Source of the DNA: Aplysia californica
Taxonomy: Eukaryota
DNA: 64,000 nucleotides
NCBI RefSeq assembly: GCF_000002075.1
Contig: NW_004797311.1
Span: forward strand, 1,760,820 to 1,824,819
Direction: 5' to 3'
Shown here: positions 1 to 13,625 of the stretch, one piece after another
How positions within the stretch are numbered: the first letter of the stretch is position 1
How the letters are laid out: every line of letters begins with the position of its first letter
Translations under genes and position numbers: made by a program
The notes under the pieces: model-generated
Database searches by the model: none
The model's input: the letters and a program-made list of their open reading frames with translations, nothing else
What the model was told of the DNA's origin: nothing

Positions 1-171
1 TGGGGGCAGAAAGAGGAGACGAAAGCAGACGACAGAATATTGCTAGAGAGCAGGAAAGGAGGTGAAAGGAGACAATTTTAGAGAAGAAAATTTTTCGGTC
101 GCTACCCTGATTCGAACCCGGGACCTTTGAATGAGAGGCGAACACCGTAACATCTAGGTCACGAGATCCTC
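1..171 (-). mobile_element. 5' part of the same tRNA-SINE family as 42505-43038; continues beyond the window
   Basis: Reverse complement aligns by eye with 42507-42680, including B box GGTTCGAATC. Confidence 0.85.
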
Positions 172-263
172 TTGTCTGTCTGTCTGTCTGTCCACCCTAT
201 TCTCTCCATAATTATATATTACATATATATTATGTATAAATAAATCAACCCACTTAGCGCAAT

Positions 264-271
<8 letters not shown>

Positions 272-349
<78 letters not shown>

Positions 350-350
350 T
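272..350. repeat. (GT)n microsatellite
   Basis: Direct reading. Confidence 0.95.
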
Positions 351-1411
351 GTCGTCTATTCCAACGACAAAATTCCTCTGGCAGAGGAGCGCTAAAAAAA
401 GTAAGTTCAGGATAAGAAGTTATGTTTCTGAATATGCATCGAAAATTCTAGTTTGCAGCTCCAGGTAGTCTCGGGCTGTACATAGATCTACATAAAATAA
501 AATTACACACACCACAGAACACAAAGCTTAAGGGTTCCGCGACGGCTTTCAGAAAGTATAAATAGGTTTATCAACGCAGCGCTGATCTTCAAAAGCCACA
601 GCGTTTACCCGGCAGGTTTATTAACGTATCAGAACTACAAGTCAAGCCGTACAGCACATTTGGCTTCTTAACTTAGTGTGGTGGTCTCGACAAAAACCAA
701 TAGAGCTCTGGTCAGTCATTTTGATTAATCTCCATTTGATCAATTTGACCACAATCCGCACTTGCGACTCCAGGATTATTCACATAAGGCAAATAGAAAA
801 TGTTACATATATCTAACAACCTACTCCAGGGCAGATAATGGATATGTAGGAGTGTTTGACTCCTGTGTCTGTCCGTCTATCTGTCTGTCTTTCTTTTCTT
901 CTATCTGTTTAGCTGTTTGTCTTTCTGTCTGCCTGTAGTCTGTGTGTGTTTGTTTGGAGTACATGTGTCTGTCTGTCTGTCTGTGCGTCTATCTATTCGT
1001 CTCTCTATCTCTGTCGGTCTGTCTTTCTGTCCGTCTCTCTATCCATTCGTCTCTCTCCTTCTTTCCTGGTAGGTTCATTCGTCCATCTCTCTTAAGAACA
1101 ACAAACTCAAAGCGACAAGAATGGCTCTTGCGCACAGTTAGAACAAAGGAGAACACATTTTGACAAGTTTTCAAAACCGTATACTATCTCAATTTAGTAT
1201 CTTAGAGATACTGTTCAGCTTAACCTCGACCCACAAAAAATATACATACTTGTGGGGACTGTGTAGGGAAGGAGTTGAAATGTTAAGGGTGACACAAAAA
1301 CCCCCCATAGTGGAGTGGACTTGAAAGTGAAAAGGACAACCCTCTCGCTGACAAGGCTAACAAACAGTACTCGAGCACGGGCAACTAAAGATCTGCCCTC
1401 TCCAAAATCAG

Positions 1412-1587
1412 AGTTTAGTTTTAGTTAGTTTTACGGAGCTTTTAATACAAATAGGCCATTTAAGTTCAGAAGATTTAAAGTGTTACTAGAGAGTAACATA
1501 AAAAGACAAAAGGGGGGAGGGAAAAGAACGATAGACGCTGGATAGGAAAGAAGGAGCAAACCACAACAGAGCACCCGCTATCCACCC
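1412..1587 (-). mobile_element. Family A short retroposon copy
   Basis: TSD CCAAAATCAG at 1402-1411 and 1588-1597; same head and tail. Confidence 0.78.
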
Positions 1588-2623
1588 CCAAAATCAGCGT
1601 AACAGAGCCAGGTAATAAAAGGCATGTTAAAGTATCAAAGAACTAACAAAGAAGGACTTTTACAGAGGAATAGTTTTGGCAACTTTAACTTTGGGGGTAA
1701 CAACCCTTTGTGTAAAGTTCTGAGGGACACATAACGGAGCGCAAATTTCAATGGTTGTACATCTTCGAAGGGATCTGTGTTGTGGAACAAGCAAGCCTAC
1801 CCTGAAATTCCTGCTCGTGGCTTCTTTCTAGACATCATAAAAGCTTTCTGGCGTGAACATGTGCCGGACTTTGCTTGACGTTGCGTGGAATGATCCTTTT
1901 AATTTTACTTGGTGATACTTTTGTGCATTTCATGACAATTTACGTCCTACTTCTTTACATTTCGGGGCAGCCAGAGCCTTCATTTCGTCGGCCCCGCCAT
2001 AATTGTAAAAACTACATTCGGGGTGATACTGAGCTCTGACATGCAGGGACGGCTAACAGTGTGCACTACAGCTAATACAAATAAATTGCTATTTGTGACC
2101 TCCAATGGAGGGAGACAGTAAACAAACTAAGCAAAGCAGCTTCAAATATAACCTGAGAAAAGCAGGGTATTGCCACAGTTTCAACTTTTGGAAGATTAAA
2201 TTCTCAACAACTCGCTTATCGACGCTGAACTTTGAGCGGGAAGTGTTCCGAAGTGATAACCTATTTCTACACCCCGACAGTCGGCAGACTGGCACAGCTT
2301 GGAAGTTGGATGAATCATCTTGCACGTTCCCAATTATACTTGCCCTAAACAAGATGGCGCTAATATCAGACCTTGGCCCAATTAATACGTTTAAATTATG
2401 ATCAAGCCAAAACAGCGTGAAAAGGAATTTGAGTTTGAGTAACAAGAAGCACATCAAAATAATAAAGGTAATTTCGTGTAGGGAAAAAGAAAGCAGACAG
2501 ATAGACCAGACAGAAGTAAGACCTACCAGTGCCCCCCCCCTTCCCCCCAATCACCCATGAGAAGGAATTGTTGATGAGCTGAAGTGGACAGTGACAATTC
2601 TTGGAACACTTTGCTGCTAAGAG

Positions 2624-2826
2624 NNNNNNNNNNNNNNNNNNNNNNNNNNNNNNNNNNNNNNNNNNNNNNNNNNNNNNNNNNNNNNNNNNNNNNNNNNNNN
2701 NNNNNNNNNNNNNNNNNNNNNNNNNNNNNNNNNNNNNNNNNNNNNNNNNNNNNNNNNNNNNNNNNNNNNNNNNNNNNNNNNNNNNNNNNNNNNNNNNNNN
2801 NNNNNNNNNNNNNNNNNNNNNNNNNN
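2624..2826. other. Assembly gap (N run); other gaps at 4984-5153, 7671-7815 and 61363-61505
   Basis: Runs of n. Confidence 0.99.
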
Positions 2827-5173
2827 TCAATAACAAGCTTTAAACGTCAGACAAAAAGGAACATTTTCATTTAAAGTTAAAGGACAAGCTGAACCTTCGC
2901 CATGCTACAGGGACCCAGTTAGCCTAGTTTGAAACGACACTATGGGGACATTGAGGTCAAATGTATGGAAAACGAGTGGAAATATTTAGATTGAGCAATC
3001 GATTGCTGCGCTTGTAATGACTAGACAGTGCATTACATCAGGAATAGGAAAGAATAAGGTTGATATCTAGAAACAGGAGGGAAAAGAAGAAGTAGGATTC
3101 ACCAATGCCCCCTGCCCCCGAAAAAAATCCCTGTTCTCTTCTTTCGTGGCGCAAAATTCTCTCGGAGACCAGTAAAAGTTCCCTTCCAAAAGATAGGTCA
3201 CAAACTTGAACGATCCCACTGAAGTCGTTTCAGCTGTGATTTCGATTCAAAGTACACGTACATAAATACAAATTTTGTTCACCAAAAATACTAGAATCTA
3301 AATACCGTGGAATACCGCGATACACACTGATGTATTCACATGCGGCACGGAGCTCGGCCAAAACCACATATTATTTACGTCATTAGGTTTTAAGTTATGA
3401 CGGGCCCTTCTAACATAAATTGGTTAGCACGGACGCATTTCTACTTGCAATTTGCTGGGCAGTCAGCTATGGTGTCATACTGGACAGTGGTTCGTAACTC
3501 TTTAAGGGCATTGTTGAACTTGGGTAGCATGTGGTTCCCTGGCTCTCTCCACCTATTAGTATCGGAATTGCTGATATATTGGAGGTTCCTCCTAATAGAT
3601 AGCTTTACTGAGCTAAAAAGGGCGTAAAACACATATTCGTCCAAACAACTTCTGCTTGGCTCTTGAAAACCCACCTGAACAATTTGAATGGGTCTTCAGT
3701 CCCAAACATTTACGGTACTGTGTTCTGATAAGACGTTGCCTTGCTATAGTTCTCTGAGTGAGGAAGTCCTATAGAACAAGGCACTTGACCTGATAGCTAA
3801 AGCCTCGAATAGTTAGTAGGCTTGAGAAGCACATGTAGGGATACTAACAGCAAGCATTTGAGACACCTATCCCTAACACATCCACCACAATGGAAGCGGC
3901 CTTTCCTTTGTCCTCAAACGTTGTGGCAATGGAACCAGACGGGACGGTCCGGACCAAAGTAACAACTTCAAGGACAATATTTGACTACGTTATGGCGGGT
4001 CTCTATTGAATAGTACATGTCGTTACGGTTCCATTAAGCTATAACCATGAGCTGGGGTTTGAACATACTCCCAACAAATACGTTAATATGTTCCCGCGGG
4101 ATCAATAGGGCCCGAATCGAACGACCAAACACGTTTCTGTTGTTGCCTGGAACAGAACTTCTAAAAGCTGTGTTTTTAAGCCTCTGAGATACATGTTAAG
4201 TGCACTAACTAAGTTAAGAATTAGAGCCACCTTTTAAAAGACGACAGTTAAATGAACACACTTTTATAAAGTACTCGTGCATGCACGCACTCAGAGCACA
4301 CAGTGCGTACCACATCCGCTCATCCATTCATCCACACACTGCATAACATATTAATTCATTCATCTACACATTGCACAACGCTATTATTCGTCTATTCAGC
4401 TAGCCTACACATAGCACAACAGATGGGTCTCATCCATTCATTGAACTTTTCTCAACAATGAATGTCAATGAGTAAGCTTACTAGGTCCAGCACTGTGTCC
4501 TTTGGGAGTTTATCTCGCCATGAGGCTTTCATAATAATAGCAAAAACAAGACAAACACAGTCATTCCTGTTAACGCTGTTGGTAAGGATGAAAAGGAGAA
4601 TTTGAGTACCAAAAGCATTCCCAACTTCTAAAAAGCTACTGGCGTTTGTCAACAGTTGCTTAAGAAAAAAAATCCTAAAGATTAGATCAAATTGGCCTGG
4701 CACCATAAGAAAAAAAAACAACAAAACCCTAAGGGAACAAACAGATCAACCGATACAAAAATCAGAAAGAGAAAAAGGAAGCTTTAAGTAAGATGGAATT
4801 CACAAGGAAAGAGAAAGAAAGGAAGACCTTATGGTTCATGGAGGAGTGGCTTCACTTAGATGCCGACCGACGGGAGGGGGGGGGGGGGGGTTTGCTTACA
4901 GCAGGACAAATAGTTGTAGACCACAACAAAAGTACACGGAGAACTCTTTTTGATGGAAGGCCTATACTAGCCTATTGCAAGGGNNNNNNNNNNNNNNNNN
5001 NNNNNNNNNNNNNNNNNNNNNNNNNNNNNNNNNNNNNNNNNNNNNNNNNNNNNNNNNNNNNNNNNNNNNNNNNNNNNNNNNNNNNNNNNNNNNNNNNNNN
5101 NNNNNNNNNNNNNNNNNNNNNNNNNNNNNNNNNNNNNNNNNNNNNNNNNNNNNCCGCCACCACCATCACCACC

Positions 5174-5263
<90 letters not shown>
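5174..5263. repeat. (AGT)n microsatellite
   Basis: Direct reading. Confidence 0.95.
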
Positions 5264-5264
<1 letters not shown>

Positions 5265-5398
5265 AGCAATACAATTAACAACTACAACAACAACATCCGT
5301 ATAGATCTATATTCATATAGAATCTACATAATCACACAAACAATTCCATACTGATAACCTAACAAATCGATGTCAGAGGTAAGGTCACACACACCCAC

Positions 5399-5660
5399 CT
5401 TCTGCCTGACACAAAGAGTGCCGCGTTGTCTGAACCTGCGATTGTTGACGCTCTCTGAGGGACAAGCGGGGGGTCCAGTCATTTCTCTGATCCTCCGAGG
5501 TTATCCCATCTCGAGAACCAATTTTCTGTTTATCCAAAGCTAATGATTCGGACCGACCCTTTGGTCGTTTCCTCTTTCGTTTGGCTTCGCATGGCGAAGG
5601 GAGAAATAAACACACGCATAAAACCGCCACACACAGAACGAATACAAGTCGTTTCATCAT
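5399..5660 (-). CDS. Putative first coding exon of an unknown secreted protein
   Basis: MMKRLVFVLCVAVLCVCLFLPSPCEA is a typical signal peptide (basic n-region, hydrophobic core, C-E-A cleavage site), followed by KRKRKRPKGR. Donor AAG|GTGGGT at 5399/5398; without splicing the ORF stops at 5385. Confidence 0.6.
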
Positions 5661-6316
5661 TGAAATTGCACTTTAGAAAATTCGCTGCACTTAAATATTC
5701 CAAATATGAAAACCCGCCTGTGCTGTAAACCGGGCGCGTAAGGTATCCAGTCACCTGACACTACCACAATCCAGAATGAAATACCATGTCCCGACTTGAC
5801 AACACATCTTGTCTTAAAAATACAACGGTCACACACCTAGACCTAGATCTACAGAGGTGGAACATTCAGTAAATTAAATAAACCACTTGGGTCCACGGAG
5901 AGAAGCTTTGAGGCTTGGCCTCGCCGCCGTTACACGTGAAGTTTGGGGACCTCCGTACGAACGAACGAACACAGGGAAGCACTGGACTGGAAAGGTGACT
6001 GGTGACGGTCTCGCGTGCTTGTAGAGACCAATCACTGGAGTGGGCGGGCTATGCAGCGCGAGTGGGGAAAGCCAGCGTAGTAGGTGAAGAGTGAGGACAC
6101 TTGGTCTATCGATATGTCATGTCGGTTCACTCTATCACAGTTCTCAATCAAAACTATCCATGTTGCACACAGTATCTGATTCAGGCTACACTCCGCAGAT
6201 TTGTTCCCTTTCACAAGCACGCTGTCGCTATCGGTTCTCGGCCTGACCTCGTCAGCACAACACACGCACAGTTACCTGGTTGCCCACACACGCGCTTGAA
6301 TCAACAACCTGAAAAG

Positions 6317-6830
6317 GACCGTTGCATCCGAAACTTGTATAGGAGCAGAGAAAATTGCTGCTTTAAAATTTCGAAGGCTACAGAATAGGGGGCCTGTAGT
6401 AAGAGCAGAGATCTACCGGTACAATTTACCCGTGAACTGAAGCATGAGAGAGAAGCGAGCAGTTTGGAGACGATGCATACCGCGAGCGCAAGAAGGGAAG
6501 AAGTCGCCTGCGTTTCTTGACCGTTGCATCCGAAACTAATAGAGGAGCAGAGAAAATTGCTGCCTTAAAATTTCGAAGGGTAGCCTACAGAATAATATAG
6601 ATCGAATAAGAGGCGTACCGGTACAAGTTACATGTGAACTGAAGCATGAGACAGAGAGAAGCGAGCAGTTTGGAGACGATTGAGAGAGAGAGAAGCGAGC
6701 AGTTTGGAGACGATTGAGACAGAGAGAGAAGCGAGCAGTTTGGAGACGATTGAGACAGAGAGAGAAGCGAGCAGTTTGGAGACGATGCATACCGCGAGCG
6801 CAAGAAGGGAAGAAGTCGCCTGCGTTTCTT
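6317..6830 (+). repeat. Tandem duplication of a ~200-bp block; second copy has four 34-36 bp units
   Basis: Copies start GACCGTTGCATCCGAAACT at 6317 and 6519; unit GAGACAGAGAGAAGCGAGCAGTTTGGAGACGATT. Confidence 0.9.
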
Positions 6831-9012
6831 TTTCCTTTACCGATGATGCAGCAAGGAAACAGTTAGCTTACATAATTAATTTCTTTCATAACATATCCCT
6901 TTGACATGGGAGTGTAAAGACGCTAAGAGGCGTGGCGAATTAGATCCAAATCCGTCTGCCCAGCTCAATACAGACCCCTTCGCAACTAATACTTTCTGTG
7001 CCGCATCTATAATGTGTACCTTTATGTCTACGTAGGGGAAAGAAAAATATTTTTATCTCTCAAATCTTTTTTTTCTTCTGATATCAATTTTACCGAGTGA
7101 TTCTTTTAAATCGACACACGCAACAGTACGACAATTTCAACATTTAACCAAATCACAGAGCACCAAGAAAATCGACAATAGTAGAAAAACGTGACAACAT
7201 ATTTTGTTCAGTCTTGATCTTTACATAGCACCAGATGGAGGCTTAAACTTCCAATGAACAACTGAACTAAAAACATGATACAGATACATGTTGGAATGTA
7301 ACTTTACTTTTCCACACTGCTACTTAACAGCATAGATTTCTGTTACATGTACAGGCCTACGGCAGTTCATTACACGTTTTCGCCGGTCTCGAATTTCGGA
7401 CGAGCGTAATTTGTGGGAGAGCGCAGGGCGGGAATGGTATAATGAGCATTTTCCCCCAAGTGGCGTGATCCTGAGGCCGACGGGAAGGTGGAACATGTGC
7501 GCAGTGTGGCCTGTCGTCTGTCGTCTGCAGCTAGCGCTGTCCTTTCCCTGTCAGGTTCACACGAGGCGCACAGGGGCATCGGGGTCAGCGGGCTATGGGC
7601 TGATGGGTTGCCGCAGGGTGGCAGGGGAACCAATCTTGTGCAAGTGAACAGGGCAGGGGAATGGGGGAAGNNNNNNNNNNNNNNNNNNNNNNNNNNNNNN
7701 NNNNNNNNNNNNNNNNNNNNNNNNNNNNNNNNNNNNNNNNNNNNNNNNNNNNNNNNNNNNNNNNNNNNNNNNNNNNNNNNNNNNNNNNNNNNNNNNNNNN
7801 NNNNNNNNNNNNNNNNGGGGGGGATGGAAAGGGTCAGGAGGAGTTGGTGGGAGGTGAAAATATGACAAAAACGCAGTAGGCTACATTTGAAAAGGAACAC
7901 AGTGAGGGAGTGGGGGGAGGCAAGGTACTGCGAAAACTGGATATTAGAGAAGGTAAATTATGGAAGTTGCGTGGAATTAAAAGAGGGGGTGAGGGGTCGT
8001 AAAAGAAGGAGGGGGAGGGGCGACTTCAGCAGGGGAGGGAGAGAGGGAGGGGAGGAACGGTGAAGTAATGGGTCACCACCACGGCTTGGTCACCACCGAG
8101 TGAGGACAACCGGCTACGTGCATCCACCACACATTGTCGTCCGGACCCCCGCAGTGACGTGGACTGTCTGTCCGGCCCAGTGTCTTGTGAAGTGATCGGT
8201 CCTCTTTTGTCCCAAAGCCTGATTGTTTCTTCGGACATTTCACGACTCGATCGACCCCTCAAAACGATACCATGCCAAACAATACCACGTAGTTCACCAT
8301 TGTGCTGCCGTTGTGGGGGTACTTTTCTTACACTAGGCTCGTCGTAAACGTTTTTACGCCCCATCGATACAATTTAGTAGATCATTTAGTTGGGAGGCGA
8401 ACTGTCGTCGACCCCGCGGGTCAAACTGAGCTGAGTGAGGTACAGAATCCCCGCACAAAGAAGGAGGTACATGTATTTGGTTAAATTATAAACAAAACGT
8501 CCACACGAGGGAATTAACTCGCGTCTTCTGCCGCCCGCAACGGTTAAGAAGCTAAGAGCTGAGCCGTTACACAACACACACGGATTACATTAGGCTTAAG
8601 GTTTCTGAAAGAGTCGGACACGGAGATCTGCTCAGCTCTGAGCTGGTCAGACAACTCACCAAGCGCAGATTTAATACAGGAGCCTTTTTCCGATGAACTC
8701 ATCATGTAAAACATCTCCACCTACGTACATACCAAACATATTTTTTAAAAACCAGAAGTATTATTATATCGCCCTTAGAATTGCTGCCCTCAATCAATAC
8801 TTCGTCGCACAGATGTAGCGTTCACATAAGGCAGAAACTGATACGCCGCTCGTCTCTTTTGCTTACCCCAAGATGGCCAACGTGTAAGATGTTTGGTCCA
8901 GACATGCATGGTGAGCTAATCACTGGGATTGTTCTTTTTGTCTTTTTCACACATGAAGTCTGTTTCCCACTTCACAGTCTGAAAGAGATCGAGCCCTAAT
9001 TTAATACATGTA

Positions 9013-9201
9013 CATGTAGTTCGTTCTAGTCGGCATTTTAGTTAGTTTTACGGCATTTGCAACACAAATAGCTCGCATAAATGCTGAAGATTAGAGGTGT
9101 TACAAGAGAGAAACAAACATGAAAAAGGAGAGATAAGGACGAGAGATGTTTGATAGGAAAGAAAGAGCAAACCGCACCAGAGCACCCGCAAAACCACCCA
9201 C
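9013..9201 (-). mobile_element. Family A short retroposon copy
   Basis: TSD TAATACATGTA at 9002-9012 and 9202-9212. Confidence 0.8.
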
Positions 9202-9754
9202 TAATACATGTAAAAGGTCTTCTCGAACTTGACGGACAATTGCAAGTCCGGTATATCAGTATTAGTGTTACACGTAAAAGACACAGTGAATAAAAAACGG
9301 TCTTCTAAAGAAAAATATGGTTTTCAATACATTGTATTCTGTCCCGGTTTTGTTTTTGGGCGCTTTAAATGTCGTAATCAGCTTGCATTTCCACCGGTTT
9401 CGGTTCATGCAGGAACTACCAAGTTTCAGGTCCGAAATGTTCTTGTACGTGTACCGGGTAACAGTAGAAGTTTTAAGCGCCATCAACCCTATCTAGATCT
9501 TTATGGATATACTTTACTATTATTATAGCTTTACATTGCAATGGCCAGCTGGATGAGCACTTCTCGTCTCATCGAGTAAGTGACCAGGGTCAAATAACAG
9601 AATTCTTGGCACCAATCGTGAACTTATCACAAGTGACTGATGGATTGTTTGTCCAAAATGAGCTTCGATATGTTGAGGTCGTTTGATAGCACACGATCCG
9701 TTTATGTTTAGAAATAAAACCGACGAAAGACCTAGCTAAATTATTTGTAGTTAT

Positions 9755-9957
9755 AGATGTTTTACGCCCCCATTGACACAGAATTAGACCATTTAGGAGG
9801 CGGGCGCCAATCTAAACCCGGGATGAGAGAGGGGTTTACAACGCCCCAGCCCCAGCCTACAGACGGAAGAAATACTCGATAAAGAAACCCTCTTCGTACG
9901 AGAATCGAACTCACGTTTTCTGCGGGCGACGGAAAAATGCCTAAATTTCAACACCCG
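9755..9957 (-). mobile_element. Degenerate tRNA-SINE with GGGGCGTAAAAC tail; related tail at about 8350-8400
   Basis: B-box-like GAGTTCGATTCTC near 9901-9913; tail similar to 8351-8399. Confidence 0.5.
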
Positions 9958-9993
9958 TTTAAGTAAACACAAGTGAAATAAACGTAGGAAATC

Positions 9994-10179
9994 TGTTTTT
10001 TAGTTTAGTTTTAGTAGAGGTTTTACGCGCTCGCAACTGCATAAGGTCATATGAGCACCAGAAGATTAGTGGTGTTACAAGAGCGTAACAAACATAAAAA
10101 AGAAGAAGGGGAGATAAGGACGATATATGTTTGATAGGAAAGAAGAAGCAAACCACACCAGAGCACCCGCCAACCACCC
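9994..10179 (-). mobile_element. Short (~180 bp) retroposon, family A, with non-tRNA head and Nimb/I-type tail
   Basis: TSD ACGTAGGAAATC at 9982-9993 and 10180-10191; head GGGTGGTTGGCGGGTGCTCTGGTGTGG; tail ends (ACTAAA)n. Confidence 0.85.
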
Positions 10180-12102
10180 ACGTAGGAAATCGGGAAGCCC
10201 TCAGTTGAAGAAGCAGCTTTGTAGTATGTATTGGCTGGCCTATTTTGCTCTTGGGATTTGACAGTCGCTAAAGGAGTAATGTGAGAAGTCACTAGTTTGG
10301 CGAAAAACAGCCGAATTGATTACTTACGGAGTGTACCACCAGGCAAAAATCATCTTACGTATATATGTGCAAGTACTGACAACTCAAAAATCCATCCAGA
10401 CGGAGACAATGGTGAAGATTCAAGATGCTCAACAGCTTGGTTAAAAAAAGGCATATATAGTATCTTTTTGGGGCGGTGGTAGTGGGGACCATTACAGTTC
10501 GACACCTTATTAGTACATGTACAATGTATTACACAATGCTGGTTATATGAACATAGGGTACTTGGTACTTGGTGTAGGTCCAAGTCACTGTACCGAGATG
10601 AGAGACCGGGAAAGAAAACGTGCAAGGGTGATCAAAGCAAAAACAAAAAAAATAACATACCCCCAACAAAAACAACAAACAAACAAACAACAACAACAAA
10701 AAGTAGATTGAAAATTTTTTTTTTTACTCATGAGTGAGTTCGCTATGATCCTAACTAACTGCATCTCGGTGACGGGTTCAAATTGCAGCAAGAGTTGGAT
10801 GTATACAGTAATACATGGATCATGTAGAACTGACAACAAAAAGTGGAACAATGGGTCGAATTACAGAGAGGGACAGATTCTCGTACTATTTAATGAAGTA
10901 CAAAGAGCGAGGCATTGACTATGACAGAGATGAAAGTAAAATCAAGCCTGTTCTTATAAAGTTAAGAAAAGGCAATGAAACGACGTTCCAGGATACCATC
11001 TCAACAGATGAATCGCACCATTGGCTATCATACTATTTACTCTTTATATTCTTACTACTTACTACCAGATCTGACACAAAGATAATGGATCTCCTTTCAT
11101 TTCCTGTCTAATGCCCTATCCTGTAAGAATCTGCTGGTGTTTCCCCGTCAACCACCTATTTCTATTCAGGTTTCCCAAACAAACTTCTATGAGTCTAACC
11201 CCCCACCCCGGCCTCGTTTGCTTTTATTTTTTCAATGAGAGCAAGATGTTCATAGCCATCATAGACTAGATCTATACCAGCCAAACCAAACGAACTAACG
11301 TATCTTCAGCAGAGAGCACTTATAAACTGATCTATTTTTTGTTTGAAACAGTACATAGCCTACAGTTATAATTCATTGCGCTATACTGGGTCAGTTCTGA
11401 CATATTACATGTACATTGTATGTCGTGAAAGACGCCATCACAATTAGTCTTGTCGTCGACTCCTTTCTTAAACGTTACGAAACACGCGGAAACAAACCGG
11501 GAGTAAATCTGGGTAGCTAGAGTGCGGCAATTCTCTGACGCCTGTCTCAAGAAAACAGCTGAGGTGTGTTCCCTGTGTGAAAAATGAGATCCATTTAATA
11601 CGGTCGTGACAACACGCTGTCTGAAGAATAGAGCGAATAATATGAATATGACCTCCACAGTTCCAATTACGCAAGTCAAGTATGGGCAGGTATTTCAGTT
11701 TGTCAGTGTGTCAATCTCGCCACCCTCCCCCACCCCTCTTCTCTGTTCTTCCTGTTGTGCGAAACGTCACCAAATTCCAAAATAATAACCTATAGTTAAA
11801 GGAATCGTTGCAGCAAAAACAGCCAAAACTTTAAAAAACAAAAACAAAAAACCCCACAACAAACGTAATATAAAAAGACAAAATCCCCAAATACAACAGA
11901 ACAAGAACAAGCAAACAAAACAAGGAAAATCGAAAATGTACATCGCGAAAAGGAAGGACGGACTTATAATACAACCTGCCAGAAAAGCGAGGGCAAATCG
12001 TGGGTCGAGTCGAAAACACTTTACAGTAATTCCTTTGTAAACGTTGTGACCCAACGAGAAAGAGAGAGAGGGTGGGGGGCGATAAGGGGAATAAGGGGAA
12101 GT

Positions 12103-12104
<2 letters not shown>

Positions 12105-12160
<56 letters not shown>

Positions 12161-12191
12161 CACCTGGAGAGAGAAGACAGAAAGATATATA

Positions 12192-12281
<90 letters not shown>

Positions 12282-12343
12282 AGAAAATGAGAGACGGGGG
12301 GGGGAGAAGGTAGACAGTGAATCACTATGTTAAATAATGGCTG

Positions 12344-12428
<85 letters not shown>

Positions 12429-12435
12429 AGAGAGA
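12105..12435. repeat. Compound (GA)n / (TC)n(TA)n(GA)n microsatellite cluster
   Basis: Direct reading; further (GA)n at 13395-13446 and 34803-34852, (TA)n at 40711-40749. Confidence 0.95.
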
Positions 12436-13391
12436 TTTAAATGCCATTCACCTAATTAGCATAGCGGTGACGGCCGTAAACTTCACTCATTGCCACAACC
12501 CCCGACAAATGACAGACAGCGGAGGGAAGATTGGCAACACGAAGAAGCGATTCCCACACTGTGGACCTACAGCTCTCCTCTAGTCACACCACCATGAATG
12601 CGTAATGTCACAGTACACACGATAACGGTCAAACTTCGCAAATAAGAGATACCCCCCCCCCCAAATAAAAAATAATAATACGGGTACAATGTATATTATA
12701 TTAATAATCTCGGAGGAAAAAAAGTAAAAGACGATCTATATATATACATACGACGTATGAGAGTGCTCACTGAGACAATAGAATTTTATTCGTACGGATT
12801 GATCTGTTGGGAGAGTAAACAATTCGTACAAGCATGTACATGTATTTTGTATGCAGCTAGATCATATCATGAGTGTCCGAGTGTTTGGCGTTGGATGAAA
12901 TGTGAGAAGCCGACCTCTGACCTTAAAAGCAGAACAGTCGACAGCTTACGCCAACGACAGACCAAAAATAGGTTTTCTACAGTGGAAGAGGAATGCGGCA
13001 ACGCAAACAGACGGTGTCGTTATAACTGAAACAAGGACTATGAAATAATGGTAATAATAATAATAATAATAGCAAATTATTTCATAAACGAGAAGAATTA
13101 AAACATACAGTAATGGAATGATCCGTTCAAAGCAGCGGGGGAGGTTGTCTTGTTGTATGGGCGCACAAGTGTCTGCATGGCATGACTGAATGCACTGTGA
13201 ACTTTGTTGTGAATACCGGGTAAAACACAAACAACGTGTAACCTGTACACTCATGCAGGCACTTGTGCTCTGAGAGAAAGAGTCGGCCTCGCGGTTACAA
13301 TGATTGCAGGTTGCTAATGGCTGTGCATGTAATTAAAAAAAAAATTCTTTAAAGGAGTTGTGAAATGGAGAGCAGAAGAAACAGACAGGTG

Positions 13392-13450
<59 letters not shown>

Positions 13451-13470
13451 CATGGGACACTTCAAAGCAT

Positions 13471-13625
13471 AGAATTTTATAGAAAGTATTTTACGGCACT
13501 TGAGACACAATTAGGTCACATAAGTACCGAAGATTAGAGGTGTTTGTTACAAGAGACTCATAAACACACAAAACGAGAAGATAAGAAAAATCAAATCACA
13601 CCAGAGCACCCGCCAACCACCCACC
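13471..13625 (-). mobile_element. Family A short retroposon copy with internal deletion
   Basis: Head CACACCAGAGCACCCGCCAACCACCCAC and GAAGATTAGAGGTG block as read on the + strand. Confidence 0.75.

Noticed and set aside
2089-2550. 153-aa minus-strand ORF with an acceptor-like tcttgtttAG near 2345
   Set aside because: Its first part overlaps a repeat and it has no recognisable homology; it cannot be assigned as an exon of the orphan gene without transcripts.
4793-5281. ORFs with poly-Ser, Thr or Leu and X runs (also those crossing other gaps and the ER/SL ORFs at 11831-12333)
   Set aside because: Artefacts of N gaps and microsatellites.
7370-8340. GC/CpG-rich and G-run region as a promoter for the orphan gene
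   Set aside because: Interrupted by a gap and could be transposon-derived; no TSS evidence.
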